This document shows positions 1 through 11,857 of a stretch of 64,000 nt of DNA, piece after piece. Source of the DNA: Eledone cirrhosa. Taxonomy: Eukaryota. The notes under the pieces were generated by a model. The model was not told the origin of the DNA and made no database searches. It saw nothing but the letters and a program-made list of their open reading frames with translations. The first letter of the stretch is position 1, and each line of letters opens with the position of its first letter. Location: positions 31,496,001-31,560,000 of the forward strand of contig OZ024750.1 of the NCBI GenBank assembly GCA_964016885.1, given 5' to 3'. Made by a program: the position numbers and the translations under genes.

Positions 1-738
1 TTAGTTTCAGAAGATCCCGTTAAGCAGGATTCTTTGCTTAAACTTTAATCTGTTATTTTAATATATATATATATATATATCATATTTATAATTTCTTATA
101 ATAATAATGTATACAGCTATAAGAAATCATAAACTCTTGGTGAGTCGCAAATTCAAGTAAGATCCAACGCAGATTGAAACAAAACGTATGAGATTTATGG
201 ATACAAGTAGATCGATGGGCATATAGCTCTCGAGAATTTCTAAACACCACAAATCTCATAGCTCCATCTACACTCGATGATCTCTAAACTCGTGATATCT
301 TCTGTTGTTTACTTTTTTAGATACTAAAATAACAACCTGCAATGTATACCAATTGTGATGTCTTCTCTTTCAATATATTTTTCTACTAAAATTAATAAAT
401 GAGAGTTTAAAAAATAATTTATTTATGGATTCACGTCATGTCGTAGCCGTAATGTAATGTAAGTGGATCTGTGATGATAGGCAGATCAATAGAATTGGAT
501 TTAGTAATAATGAAATATATATATATATATATACATTTAATATAGACCTTAATTGTTTTAGAAATAACGAAAGAAAAGAAATATATTCAATATTGTTATT
601 CAGTGCTTGTTCATGTATATTCACATATTTATAAATAGAGGAAATTGTTTTTTTGTAATATATCTAAATGGTGGCGTAGAAAACAATTACTTTTAATCGT
701 ATTCAGAATTGCTTTTCACATTTCACTTACATATATAA

Positions 739-789
739 GGGCGGTGCCCCAGCATGGCCTCAGCCGGATGGCTGAAACAGGTAAAAGAG

Positions 790-792
<3 letters not shown>
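739..792 (+). mobile_element. 3' tail of another octopus-type SINE
   Basis: GGGCGGTGCCCCAGCATGGCC..GCTGAAACAGGTAAAAGA, recalled as a common octopus repeat terminus. Confidence 0.55.
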
Positions 793-822
<30 letters not shown>

Positions 823-905
823 AACCGTAGAGCAAATATTTATTAAATAACTGATTAAAGTTTAAGCAAAGAATCGCTGCTTTCACCCTTAACAGGATCT
901 TCTGA

Positions 906-957
<52 letters not shown>

Positions 958-1134
958 TTAGAAGAATATATATATATTTATTAAAATACCAGATTAAAGT
1001 TTAAGCAAAGAATCGCTATTTCACCCTTAACGGGATCTTCGGAAACTAACAAAGTCAATCTGTAAACGCAGAGTGAATAATTAAAAAAACGTTGCAACCG
1101 GAGGAAGACAGGAAGACGATACTTTGGTTCGTGG

Positions 1135-1402
1135 AAACGTTCCCTGGAAAAGAACGGGAAAAAACGAATATAATACGTCATTATTTGGAGCGGTGAAAAA
1201 TAATTACACGCAAAGACAAAACCACGTTTATGGTATAAAAGAAGTTGTAGACTAATGTTCTCTTAGGTGGTTCATAGAGACGTTCTCTGGCAATGAACGG
1301 AAAAAACGAAGATAATACGTCATATGTGGGGCATGGAGAACAATTGTACGCAAAGACAAAACCACGTAAATGGTATAACTGAAGTCGTAGACTAAAATTC
1401 TA
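1135..1402. repeat. Diverged tandem duplication of about 143 bp
   Basis: ACGTTC(C/T)CTGG..ATAATACGTCAT..ACGCAAAGACAAAACCACGT..GTAGACTAA occurs twice. Confidence 0.75.
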
Positions 1403-1562
1403 ACTAGGAAACCGAATGATTCTCCGCTTCAGAGTTAAGAATAAAGTAAATAAAATACAGGGGTAATTGAAATTAAATAAATACATACACGCAACCAAAT
1501 ACGTACATACACAAGCATACGCGGAAACACTCGCCATAGGTATACTATATATATATATATAG

Positions 1563-1937
1563 AGAGAAGTGGTTACACAACAGTTAGTTCACCATACCGA
1601 GAACAATTGTTTCATCTTAGCGGATCTTCAGCTCGGGACGTGCATGGTTATAGGAACAGGAAGGAGAACCGTACGAACCCGCATGCGCAGAAACTCGGTC
1701 ACTTCACACAGGTAATACTAGACTGCGGGCGAGAGGTGTAAGGGAGATAACTGCGAAAGTCCGAAAGTTTTTAGGTTGAAAATAAAATTAAAATAAAATT
1801 AAAAATAAAATTACAAAGAGTCAGTCCGGAGCCTTGTAGTTATGCAGTAACTGTTGTTTAACCACTTCTACCTAACTCGTCCCTTGGACTGAGTGCTCTA
1901 CCACTACGGATATTACCTTCCAGTGTTCCACCACTAT
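1563..1937. mobile_element. Hammerhead-bearing element with inverted end, in (TA)n
   Basis: Minus 1597-1636: CCGAG-CTGAAGA-TCCGCTAAGAT-GAAA-CAATTG-TT-CTCGG. Homologue at 24131-24335. Confidence 0.75.
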
Positions 1938-2215
1938 ATATATATATATATTATTATGTATTAAACAACATACCAGTGGTTTCCTAAAAGCAAAAGGTTT
2001 TGCATTCAATCCTCAGAATGAAAAAATCCTGGTTTGTTTATTGAATTTGGATTTTAAAAACAAAAAGGCAATCTATATGAAAGTGAGGCTGGAGAAGGAA
2101 GAAGGAAAGGAAAAATAAAATAAAACTACACATGCAAACACACACACAAAAAAACACAAAAGCATACATACACACACATATATATATACACATATATACA
2201 CATATATACACATAA

Positions 2216-2254
<39 letters not shown>

Positions 2255-2265
2255 TACATATACAC

Positions 2266-2312
<47 letters not shown>

Positions 2313-2394
2313 TACACATACATACACTCATACATACACACACATACACACATATATATGTATATGTATATATATACATATATAAATATTTATA

Positions 2395-3269
2395 CATATA
2401 AGTATGTATACGTACATACATATATGTATAGAGACGTACAGTAGTATGTATATATATATATATACATACATGCACATATATATATATGTACGTATGGATT
2501 CACCGAAGATTTATTATAATGCTCTTTGTGTTTGTAAACAAACATCCCGAATTAAGCCGTAGTGTCCAGCAACCATCGTTGCTCGTTTGTTCAACACTGA
2601 CAAAGGAACGCTGTACTAATTTCAAGCTTATTAGCTATCGTCAGCAACGTATACGTTCCTGCCAGATGATTTAACGTCTGAAAGTATATACTTTCCTTAT
2701 CCATATTAACGGCTGAGCAGCCTAATTTGCATATCGGGTGGGTTAATCGGGCGGGCGCACCGAAAACGCACCGAAAACGATAAACGGAAAAAATGAAACG
2801 AAATTTCATTTCTCACTCTTAGTACGGCTGTTACTTAAATATAAGTATGTATACATATATGTATACAGACGATTAACTCACTCGATATGCAAATTAGGCT
2901 GCTAAGCCGTTAATATGCATAAGGAAAGTATATACTTTCAGACGTTCAATCATCTGGCAGGAATGTATACGTTGCTGACGATAGCTAATGAGCTTGAAAT
3001 TAGTACAGTGTTGAACAAATGAGCAACGATGGTTGCTAGACACTGTACGGCTTAATTCAGGATGTTTGTTTACAAACACACCAAGCATTATAATAAATGT
3101 TCGGGGAATCCATACGTACATATATATATATATGTGTGCATGTATGTATATATATATACATACTACTGTACGTCTGTATACATATATGTATGTACGTATA
3201 CATACTTATATTTAAGTAACAGCCGTACTAAGAGTGAAAAATGAAATTTCGTTTCATTTTTTCCGTTTA
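2395..3269. mobile_element. Inverted plus partial-tandem element with a hammerhead in each arm
   Basis: Arms about 2395-2748 and 2870-3210; 2781-2870 also mirrors 3170-3269. CGTTG-CTGACGA-TAGCT..AGCTT-GAAA-TTAG-TA-CAGYG at 2609-2649 (minus) and 2970-3010 (plus). Confidence 0.8.
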
Positions 3270-3399
3270 ATATTTATACACAAATATATATATATACACA
3301 CATTCATAAATACACACACACACGCTCACACGTATATTTGTATTGGTTTTCTGAAATAGCGATGAATGTACGTATTGTACACACACACAGACACACAGG

Positions 3400-3441
<42 letters not shown>

Positions 3442-3449
3442 CATATATT

Positions 3450-3500
<51 letters not shown>

Positions 3501-3505
3501 GTGTG

Positions 3506-3656
3506 TGGACACACTAGAAGAGGAAGACCAAGGTTAACGTATGTTGATGCCCTAAAGACAGACACTGGTCTGTTGGAGACGCAGGACATGGCAGGGATAA
3601 TGAGGGACAGAGACCGTTGGAGAGAACTCGTCCATGGATCTCGGGAATTTTACCCG

Positions 3657-3660
<4 letters not shown>
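3506..3660 (+). mobile_element. RTE-clade LINE 3' terminal fragment
   Basis: [33 protein letters not shown], a typical RTE C-terminus, flanked by (TA)n. Confidence 0.75.
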
Positions 3661-3698
<38 letters not shown>

Positions 3699-3701
<3 letters not shown>

Positions 3702-3925
3702 ACAGGTAAACAGAAATAACAACACAATCTGTACAGTATATGGAAGGGTTATATTAGGTTAACGCTTGATATAGCAGGAAGAGGATCTTAACGTTTCGGA
3801 CGCTAGTCCTTCATCAGAAGAAAGAATGAGAAATCAGATAGATTAAGGGGACGGTCGGGTTGGAATTGGAAAAACGTCTTTAGATAAAAAATAAGAGGTC
3901 TATTCATGTTGAAATGTCTTGCAAA
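3699..3925 (-). mobile_element. Hammerhead element family F2 (other copies 20197-20280, 24385-24600, 29350-29500)
   Basis: Minus 3786-3821: TCTT-CTGATGA-A-GGAC tagc GTCC-GAAA-CG-TT-AAGA, with palindromic AACGTT stem III. Confidence 0.72.
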
Positions 3926-4664
3926 ACTGTTGCTGCTGGTGTTTTGTGTATGATTTATTTTTTTTTTTTAGAAAAGTGGATGATGGAGCGCGTCTACCTG
4001 AAATGAAAAAAAAAAAAACGTTTTGTAAAAAGAGCTATACTTGTGCTCGTGCGTAAGCATATGTGTGTGTTATTATACGTCCGTACGAAGCTAAGAAGAA
4101 ATGTGTGTGAATATGTGATTAAAAGTGTGTGTGTGTAAAAGTGTAAGTACGAAGCTATGAGCAAAAGTATGATAATATAAGGGTGTGTATACAGAGCAGT
4201 GAAGGGAAAAGTGGAGTAAGCATATATAGTCGGCCTGTATTAGTTGTAAAAGCAGATGTTAACGGTCAAGAGAAAGCGATAGGTTTCTAAAATTGTTTTC
4301 GAGTATATAAAAGTATTTCGGAATATGCAGTTGGTATTAATGAAACTTAATTTTCGAAATTAAAAATTTTAAATATGAATACAAAATCTTCTGCGCAGGA
4401 AATCCGAATTGTATTTATTTAAACCCAACAGACAGAGAATCTCAAAGAAAACATTATTTCTAAGAACAATATATATGTTGAATTCGTCTTCGTATTTTAT
4501 CCTTATAAGACTTGTTTCTACGGATTTCTGTTATAAACTCTTTGTCTCATTCCTTTAAAGTATTGATGTATGTTTGTATGTCAATAAAAATATACCAGGT
4601 CAGGAGCTAGATATATATATATTTAGAAAACATCGTATTTTCAATTGATACTCATTGAAATCCT

Positions 4665-4857
4665 AATAACTGTTTCTACTTTTTGGCACAAGGCCAGCAA
4701 TTACCCAGTGCATTACTGGTACTTTATTTTATCGACTCCGTAAGCATGAAAGGCAAAGTTAACCTCGGCGGGATTTGAACTCAGAATGGAAAGGGCCGTA
4801 AATCTATACGTCAAAGCATGGCGTCCGACCCTCTACCAATACTGCCAATCCACCGCT
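4665..4857 (-). mobile_element. tRNA-derived SINE
   Basis: Full-length reverse-complement match to 10202-10387. Confidence 0.88.
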
Positions 4858-4949
4858 ATAATATAATACTTTTTATAGCTTGATAGTCTATAATTGTCAG
4901 ATCGGGTACATTTAGTGAATTACGTGCGCTATCTTACTTGACTACACGC

Positions 4950-5345
4950 TTGAGTTGAAATATGGCCGGGGTTAACTTTGCCTTTCATCCTTACGGGGTC
5001 GATAAAATAAAGTACCAGTAGCGTACTGGGGCGATTAAATTGACTCCCCCCCCCCATTACTGGCCTTGTGCCTATACTAGAAATCATTACTATCAATTTG
5101 GGCTCCTTGCTACTGTAATTCCTTTCTTAATTTTTAACAGTTATAATGTTTTTCTGGTTTAGGAACAAGGCCAACATTTCTGGTGGGAGGGGGCAAGTCG
5201 ATAAAGTGACTACAGCGCATTACTGATAGGTTATTTTATCGATTTCGTGAGGATGAAAGGCAAGGCGATATTTGAATTTGGGCTGTAAAGGGTCGTAATT
5301 GTATGTCAAAGCAAATTGTCCGATGCTCTACCGATATCCGCACTT
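4950..5345. mobile_element. Two related SINE copies (plus 4950-5090; diverged minus 5150-5345)
   Basis: GCCTTTCATCCTTACGGGGTCGATAAAAT core and GGCCTTGTGCC tail. Confidence 0.75.
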
Positions 5346-5362
5346 AATGATTCTACAGATAC

Positions 5363-5402
<40 letters not shown>

Positions 5403-5557
5403 GTGTGTGTATATATATATATACATATATATATACATGTGTGTGTGTATCCGTGTGTGTGTGTGTGTGTGAATATGTGTGAGTACCACTTTCAATCGGG
5501 GGTAACCACAGTAAGTAAGGTACTCAATACATTTGTAGAGTTTATACAACAACATTT

Positions 5558-5665
5558 AATATAGAAACGGCTTCTACAGGACAAGAACATTTGAAGAAAA
5601 TCATCAGGAAAAGCCCTGATGATTTCCCTCGAATGAAACAGTTCTATTCCAGTAGAAGCCATTTC

Positions 5666-5673
<8 letters not shown>
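5558..5673. repeat. Fold-back element with hammerhead core
   Basis: ATATAGAAACGGCTTCTAC / GTAGAAGCCATTTCTATAT arms. CTGATGA TTTC cctc GAAT GAAA at 5616-5638; stem I absent. Confidence 0.6.
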
Positions 5674-5694
<21 letters not shown>

Positions 5695-5696
<2 letters not shown>

Positions 5697-5875
5697 GGAA
5701 CCAGTAAGACCGCGACGGCTGAGCTCAAGCCGTTTCGTCCAGAATTAGCCGTCGAAACGGCTTGAGCTCAGCCGTCGGGGTCTTACTGGTTCCTATTACC
5801 CACTCTACTACCCTAAGTATCGAGTACTCTGGAGCGTTTTGGTCCACCTGGTTCCTTACCACATTTCCTTCGTTA
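5695..5875 (+). mobile_element. Short fold-back element in (TA)n (second copy 19620-19835)
   Basis: About 45-bp inverted arms. GAAACGGCT tgagctc AGCCGTC resembles a hammerhead 3' half. Both copies share the tail ..CCACATTTCCTTCGTTA. Confidence 0.7.
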
Positions 5876-6252
5876 TATATATATATATATATAAATCTTT
5901 TATAAAGAATCATATTTTCCCAGAACATAAAAAGAATGTCCGAGTCAAATTATATTTTATGTTATCTATTTTATATTTTTTACGCACGTTTATGAGGCTG
6001 AATGTGAACGAAATCCTGAAATGTTTGAGGCAATAATTCCAATTGAATGAACATGTCAGCACCATGTTATAGGCTTTCATGTGCTTCGTTTTATTTTAGG
6101 TATCAATAAACCCAGACAATTCCTCTGTTTTCAGTTAAGTATGTATGTAATGTATGTATGTATGTATGTATGTATGTATGTATGTATGTATGTATGTATG
6201 TATGTATGTATGTATGTATGTATGTATGTATGTATGTATGTATGTATGTATG

Positions 6253-6887
6253 TTTGACTCTCTCATTGGAATTTACACATCATCAACTAGGTAGATATGT
6301 ATGTATGCATGTGTGTGTACATATGGATGTTATTGTATGTGTGGATGTGGATGTTTTGAGTTGTATGTGTGCATGTGTATATGCTTTGTATCTGTACATG
6401 TGTATATGCAGTTATTAGATGCAACATTTTTGGAATGTTTTACATATTTTTACTGTTCCATTAATGGATTGTACTTGTAGTTTCCTAACTAGTTGTGGTC
6501 TTTCTGTTCCTGTGAAGCCAAGCTTCTCAAGATTTGTATTGAGGCAGTTACTAACATATCCCAGTGCCCCAATAATCACAGGCATAAATCTGAAGGTGTA
6601 AACAGGGTGGAGTATCTGCAGATTTCTCATCAGTTCTGCATAAATGTTTTCCTTTTCACTAATCTTTGATATTATATTGGCATCTGCTGGGCAGCTAATT
6701 TCCACTAATGTGCATGTTTTCTTCTCCCTGTCCCATATCATAATAACGGGTCTGTTATGCCTGCATTTTATTGGGGGTTTTTACTGGAACATTCCACCAG
6801 TACTCTTTCATATTATGTACATGGATGTCTTCCACATTGTTGTAGCTTTTAATGTGTTTATTATCGGGGCTATCTTTTTATGTAACT
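6253..6887 (-). mobile_element. RLE-type LINE 3' fragment in a (CATA)n tract
   Basis: ORF 6415..6741 (IWDREKK..VEISCPAD..EKENIYAEL..PVIIGALG) preceded by CRHNRP. The 3' UTR runs into (TATG)n. Confidence 0.85.
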
Positions 6888-6971
6888 AGGTAGAATATGT
6901 ATGTCTGCATGTGTAGATATGGATGTTATTGTATGTATGTATGTATATATGTATGTATGTATGTATGTATG

Positions 6972-7570
6972 TACTGGTGCTACTGGTAACATGTATCCCA
7001 GTACAACCTATCTCATGGTCGGGTCGTTGGCGACTAAACTGGCAACCCCACCAAGGTTTCTTGGTGAGGAGGGTGACTTTGGACATCCTGCAGGACTAAA
7101 AACAAAACCTGTCAAAGGGCAAAGGAGCTCTTAAGAGTCAATTGCCATCCAAAATCACCGGGAGAGATGACCCCTTAGCCTTTGTCAAGGCAGAATTCTA
7201 GGAGAAGGAAAACTCTGATATAACACCTGCAAACCTGATGGTATCCAATGATGTTGACTTGTTCTTCTTTTTGGTAAATATCATATTGGTTAAGAGAGTG
7301 GGACTGGCTTTGTGCAGTGCCTTTGCTCACTATAAAAGCTTCACGGCACAGGCATTGCTTTATATCTGGAGATCTCTCTGCACTTGTCGTCACATGGTAC
7401 CATGGGCCCAGCACTATGTGTCAATAATTGTCACAAGTGTAGTGTTTGTACCAGAGTTTTCAAGTCACTGGCTGGACTAAAAAGTCACACTCGTTCAGCG
7501 CATCAGTAGGGGTTCTCCTACATAGATATATAGTAGTGGCCGTACTCGAAAACGAGTTGGCAGCCACCAT
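6972..7570 (+). mobile_element. About 600-bp non-coding interspersed element, RTE 5'-UTR-like
   Basis: Highly similar inverted copy at 12882-13483 with the same ends. Contains CTAGGAGAAGGAAAACTCTGA, recalled from RTE 5' regions. No credible ORF. Confidence 0.65.
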
Positions 7571-7637
7571 GTATGTATGTATGTATGTATGTATGTATGT
7601 ATGTATGTATGTATGTATGTATGTATGTATGTATGTA

Positions 7638-7725
7638 TGACTCTCTCATTGGAATGTACACAACATCAACTAGGTAAATATGTATGTATGCATGTATGTG
7701 TACATATGGATGTTATTGTATGTAT
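7638..7725 (-). mobile_element. Short 3' UTR fragment of the same RLE LINE
   Basis: GACTCTCTCATTGGAAT..CATCAACTAGGTA matches 6257-6295. Confidence 0.75.
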
Positions 7726-8378
7726 GTATGTATGTATGTATGTATGTATGTATGTACGTACGTGTGTGTATGTATGTACGTATGTGTATGTATGTATTCT
7801 GCTGTTGTACAAGAGTTTCGTCACCCCCATTGGTAGGTGGCCCCGAGTATGTCTGGTGTCGCGGTGGAAGGGGCCGAAACACCTTCAGATTTACTTCACC
7901 TGATTTGACATATGCTCCCACATTCGTGGGCAGAGAACAGCAGTAACATCAGCAGAAATCTGTGTTTTTATGAAGCATTCGTGTGTGTGAATGTGTTTTA
8001 GAAGAATTGTAGGTCATGTACACCATAAAGAACAGGTTGATAGGATAATTAGAAATAACACCGTAGTTGTATTATTATAAGCCGTATCTTTTACCCACGT
8101 TTATTGGAATTTGAAAACTGTAACTTATTTTATGGGGTTTGTTGAAGCAATTCCAATCGTAATATCAATGTTGACACATTGACACAGCGAAAATATTTAT
8201 CCGATAATAATTCAGATTCATTAAGCAGAAGCAACATACTTAACTATAGAATACTTTACAAATAATTGTGCTGAGAAGATTATTTATTAACTCTGACCTA
8301 GAATCTTCAGCTCCTTCACTTGTTAAATCCGATTTAATCATAGATTCGCCGTGTCTTGTTTTCTATTGCCATTTACAG

Positions 8379-8417
8379 GAAAGCACTAATACCTTGTGGA
8401 CACATCCTAGATAATAG
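8379..8417 (+). CDS. Candidate micro-exon of an unidentified host gene
   Basis: ttttctattgccatttacag| G KALIPCGHILDN AG |gtaatt; phase-compatible with 9790-9865. Confidence 0.25.
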
Positions 8418-8469
8418 GTAATTGACAACATTTAGAAAGTAATAGTGTGGGTCGGACCTCCGTCGGTTT

Positions 8470-8590
8470 CGACCATGAGTGATCCATTTGTTCAATCAAC
8501 GGAACAGACACCTCATGAAATTAACGTGAATCACAACATTCCACACACACGTATACCCTTAACTTAATTCTCAGGGAGATTCCGTCTACA
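8470..8590 (+). mobile_element. Diverged fragment of a common octopus interspersed repeat
   Basis: GGAACAG..TGAAATTAACGTG..TACCCTTAAC..TTCTCAGGGAGATTC motif string; recognised from memory only. Confidence 0.45.
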
Positions 8591-8769
8591 CACATTCAAT
8601 CACATGTCATACGTCGACCTGAGTCTAGGTTAATGTAGTCAGTGGATGTAGACTGTTACCTAATTGTACAGAAGCATATGTTAGAGATTGAACATACAAT
8701 ACATTCTCCAGTCCACATCTTCCTGCCTAGTTTTTCCTGGGACCATATTTATAATTACACAGACACACA

Positions 8770-8806
<37 letters not shown>

Positions 8807-9789
8807 ACACACACAGACACACACACGCATTCACACACAGACACACACACAGACACCCCCACACACACATACACGCACCTATATATATATATGTACACAT
8901 ACATATATACACATCCAGACTCACAAACATATATCTTCTTCTTTGCCCACTTCTTCGTGGGAGGGTAGTGGTGACAGACTCCTTAAACATGCCTTCCAGC
9001 GAGTCCTGTCAACAAGCAACTGTCTTCAGTTGATCCAGTTGGATGACTAAGTGAAGTATATTTGGAAGGGATGTTGTATTTCTTATTGCAGCAATTCTAC
9101 TCTACACTATATATCTACAGTGTTTAGTAGTGTTATTTTCTGTATATTTATACATGTTATTATGATTTCTAATTTCAGAGACAGGGAATAAGGCCAGGAA
9201 CTTGAGGCGTGGGAAATTTCAATTAAATTGTCTTTATTATATCGATTTTGAAAGGATGAAATGTCCCGAACAAGTGCTGCACAGTATTTTTCCGATGTTG
9301 TATCGATCGTACCAATACAACACCCTCTTCAGTACTTAGTAGTACTACTTTCTATATGTTGTTTATAAGATAATTAGTGCTAATAAATCTGAAACAACAG
9401 TCACTCAAAATAATTATTCAAATTAATGGAGTGCAAATTCAACAGAGAGCCAATATTGTATATATCCTTTGGATATATACAATAGAAAAACAGAAAATGT
9501 GATCCAGACTTTAAAAAAAGAAGATAAAAAGAGAAAAAAAAAAAGACTGATATTGCTAGAAACATTATTTGAAAAAATGTCAACTATTATATCAAGAAAT
9601 ATTTATATAAAAACCTAGAAAATTGTCTATTATATGGAACTATAACATTAAGTATTACCAGAAGTAATTGTTTTGTATTTCAAGTTGCTTTTGCACATTA
9701 TATTGATTTGTTATTGATATATCGATAATTAGAGAACTATAATCGCTTTTTTTTGTCATAAAAAATGATAAAATATATTGTTCTTTCAG

Positions 9790-9865
9790 GTTATCTGAAT
9801 GTTCTATATTATTTACACGTTTTCTAAGACATCTGCATATCATAGAATTTGTTCTTCAAGTCTGT
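9790..9865 (+). CDS. Candidate exon of an unidentified host gene
   Basis: ttgttctttcag| G LSECSILFTRFLRHLHIIEFVLQVC |gtaagt; only one frame is open. Confidence 0.3.
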
Positions 9866-10129
9866 GTAAGTGTGTTATTAAACATATGTAGATATTTTAT
9901 TTTACTCTCTCAGTATGTTTCAAACGTATATTTGCTGCAGTTAGTGTGAAATATCCATATGATAATGTGATGTATTAACCCAGTACCTGCTCAACTCAAG
10001 CAACATTTGATATCCCTAGTGTAAGAATTGTGAATATCATTACAATCTATTTTTTGGGACTGTTCTGTCTCAGTATTGTAATGATACTTCTTCCGTTGAT
10101 CAATTTAAAGAGGACTCATGATACTAGGG

Positions 10130-10982
10130 TAGAGGTGGGGAACCTTTTCATGTTGAAAGGTCGCATTAAGCTACATTCAAAGAACCATTATTATATATTC
10201 TAGGGCGGTGAATTGGCAGTATCGGTAGAGGGTCGGACGCCATGCTTTCCAGCATAGTTACGTCCCTTTATGGTCTGAGTTCAAATCCCGTCGAGGTCAA
10301 CTTTTCCTTTCATCCTTACCGGGTCGATAAAATAAAGTACCAGTAATGTACTGGGTAATTGCTGGCCTTGTGCCAAAAGTAGAAACAATTATTATATATT
10401 CTTAAAATCTGTATTATTTAAAAAAAAAATCTAATTACTATAAACTAAATAACTAAAAAACTAAAAAAAAAAAAAAAATTTAAAGCTAACTACGTTTTAA
10501 TGATTTTGTTGCGACTGATTGTTGTAGAAAAACATTTTGATATTTGGTTACAAAATAGAAGTCCGGAGATTCAACTGAACCTCAAGATGAACACCTGCTA
10601 TTTGTGATCCCAAACTTGGGGGGTTAGGTAGGAGAATGAGGATTCGCAGTAGTAAGTGGTTGAAAAAGCATGAGAGTCTTTTCCGTGCATGTTACCAACA
10701 GTATGGGTATTCTATTGCATGTTTCCATACCACAATCGGATCCTTCTTAGCGTGAAATAAGGATTTTATAATATCATCTTGTGAGAGCTCAATCAATTCC
10801 ATTTGTAATTTTCTGGAGATATCTGCTAGTCGAGGTTGAAAATATGTCTACCTTATAGTTTAAATTAAAATAAGAGACAGAGAAAAATATATTAACAAAA
10901 ATTAAAAACTTGTTTGGAAATTTTTTATTCTTTCAACAGGCCGCACAGAATGGCATAGAAGACCGCAAGTTCCGAATCTCTA
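10130..10982 (-). mobile_element. Internally deleted hAT (Charlie/SPIN-like) DNA transposon
   Basis: Imperfect TIRs TAGAGGTGGGGAAC / GTTCCGAATCTCTA. Minus-strand remnant MELIEL...YP...STTYYCESSFS...HLE..L.LRTS..PNI resembles the hAT C-terminal dimerisation domain. TSD only partly preserved. Confidence 0.7.
10202..10387 (+). mobile_element. tRNA-derived SINE with 15-bp TSD, nested in the hAT element
   Basis: A box TGGCAGTATCGG, B box GAGTTCAAATCC, core CCTTTCATCCTTACCGGGTCGATAAAATAAAGTACC. TSD ATTATTATATATTCT at 10187-10201 and 10388-10402. Confidence 0.9.
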
Positions 10983-11118
10983 TTTAGGCCTTTGGTTTTG
11001 CTTCTACTTTCAACAAAACTTTAGTATATCACTGTTTCATACTCTCTTCATATTAATTGCTACTTCACATATTTCCATTACATTTTCAAACCATCAGAGT
11101 GGCACCATATCATATACC

Positions 11119-11857
11119 TCAAGCCCTCAGAACGACGTGGGTGAAACACTATATTGATAAGGAGGAGGCTAGCTCACTGTGTAGGATCTGTGGAGAGAGA
11201 GAGAGGGGATTGAGGCTCACATCGTATCTGAGTGTAAACACCTAGCGCAGACTCACTATAAAGGCTGGAGACATAATATGATAGGAAAGGTGATTCACTG
11301 GCATTTATGCAAACTAAACAATTCACCACATTCTGAGAAGTGGTATGAGCATAAGCCAGAGTCGTTGATAGAAAACAATTGAGTGAAGTTGCTATGGGAT
11401 TTCAGGATATAGACAGACAAGAAATTAGAACACAATAGGCCTGACCTGGTGGTTTTGGACAAGGAAAATAGATTGTGCCTGATTGTAGATGTAGCCTGCC
11501 CCTTTGACACGAGAGTGAAAGAAAAGGAGAAGGAGAAAATTAACTGATACCAGGATTGAAAGTGGGAGTTAAAAAGGATTTGGGACTGTCATGAGATCAA
11601 GGTCATCCCGATTGTCATAGAAGCACTAGGTACTATCTCAATGAGTTTTCAATGAGTTTTCCAGCCCCGATTTTGGAACACTTCAAAAGGCATGCTTGCT
11701 GGGAACAGCAAGAATCCTCCGATACGTCCTGAATATCTGAGGCTTCAGGTAGCGGCTTGATATTCATTTCAACAAGCTTTCCTGTTAAATAACATAAATG
11801 ACTGAGACTCAAATAATAATAATAATAATAATAATAACAATAATAATAATAATAATA
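11119..11857 (+). mobile_element. R4/Dong-like RLE LINE 3' end with (TAA)n tail
   Basis: CRICGE..HIVSEC zinc knuckle, RHN, LLWDF, HNRPDLVV, VDVACPFD, IPIVI.ALG, QKACLLGTARILR. Several stops. (AAT)n at 11812-11857. Confidence 0.88.

Noticed and set aside
7797-7960. HDV-like ribozyme at a LINE 5' end
   Set aside because: Could not assign the nested double pseudoknot (P1, P1.1, P2, P3) by eye.
10202-10295. tRNA gene
   Set aside because: Has A and B boxes but no cloverleaf; it is the head of a multi-copy SINE with a TSD.
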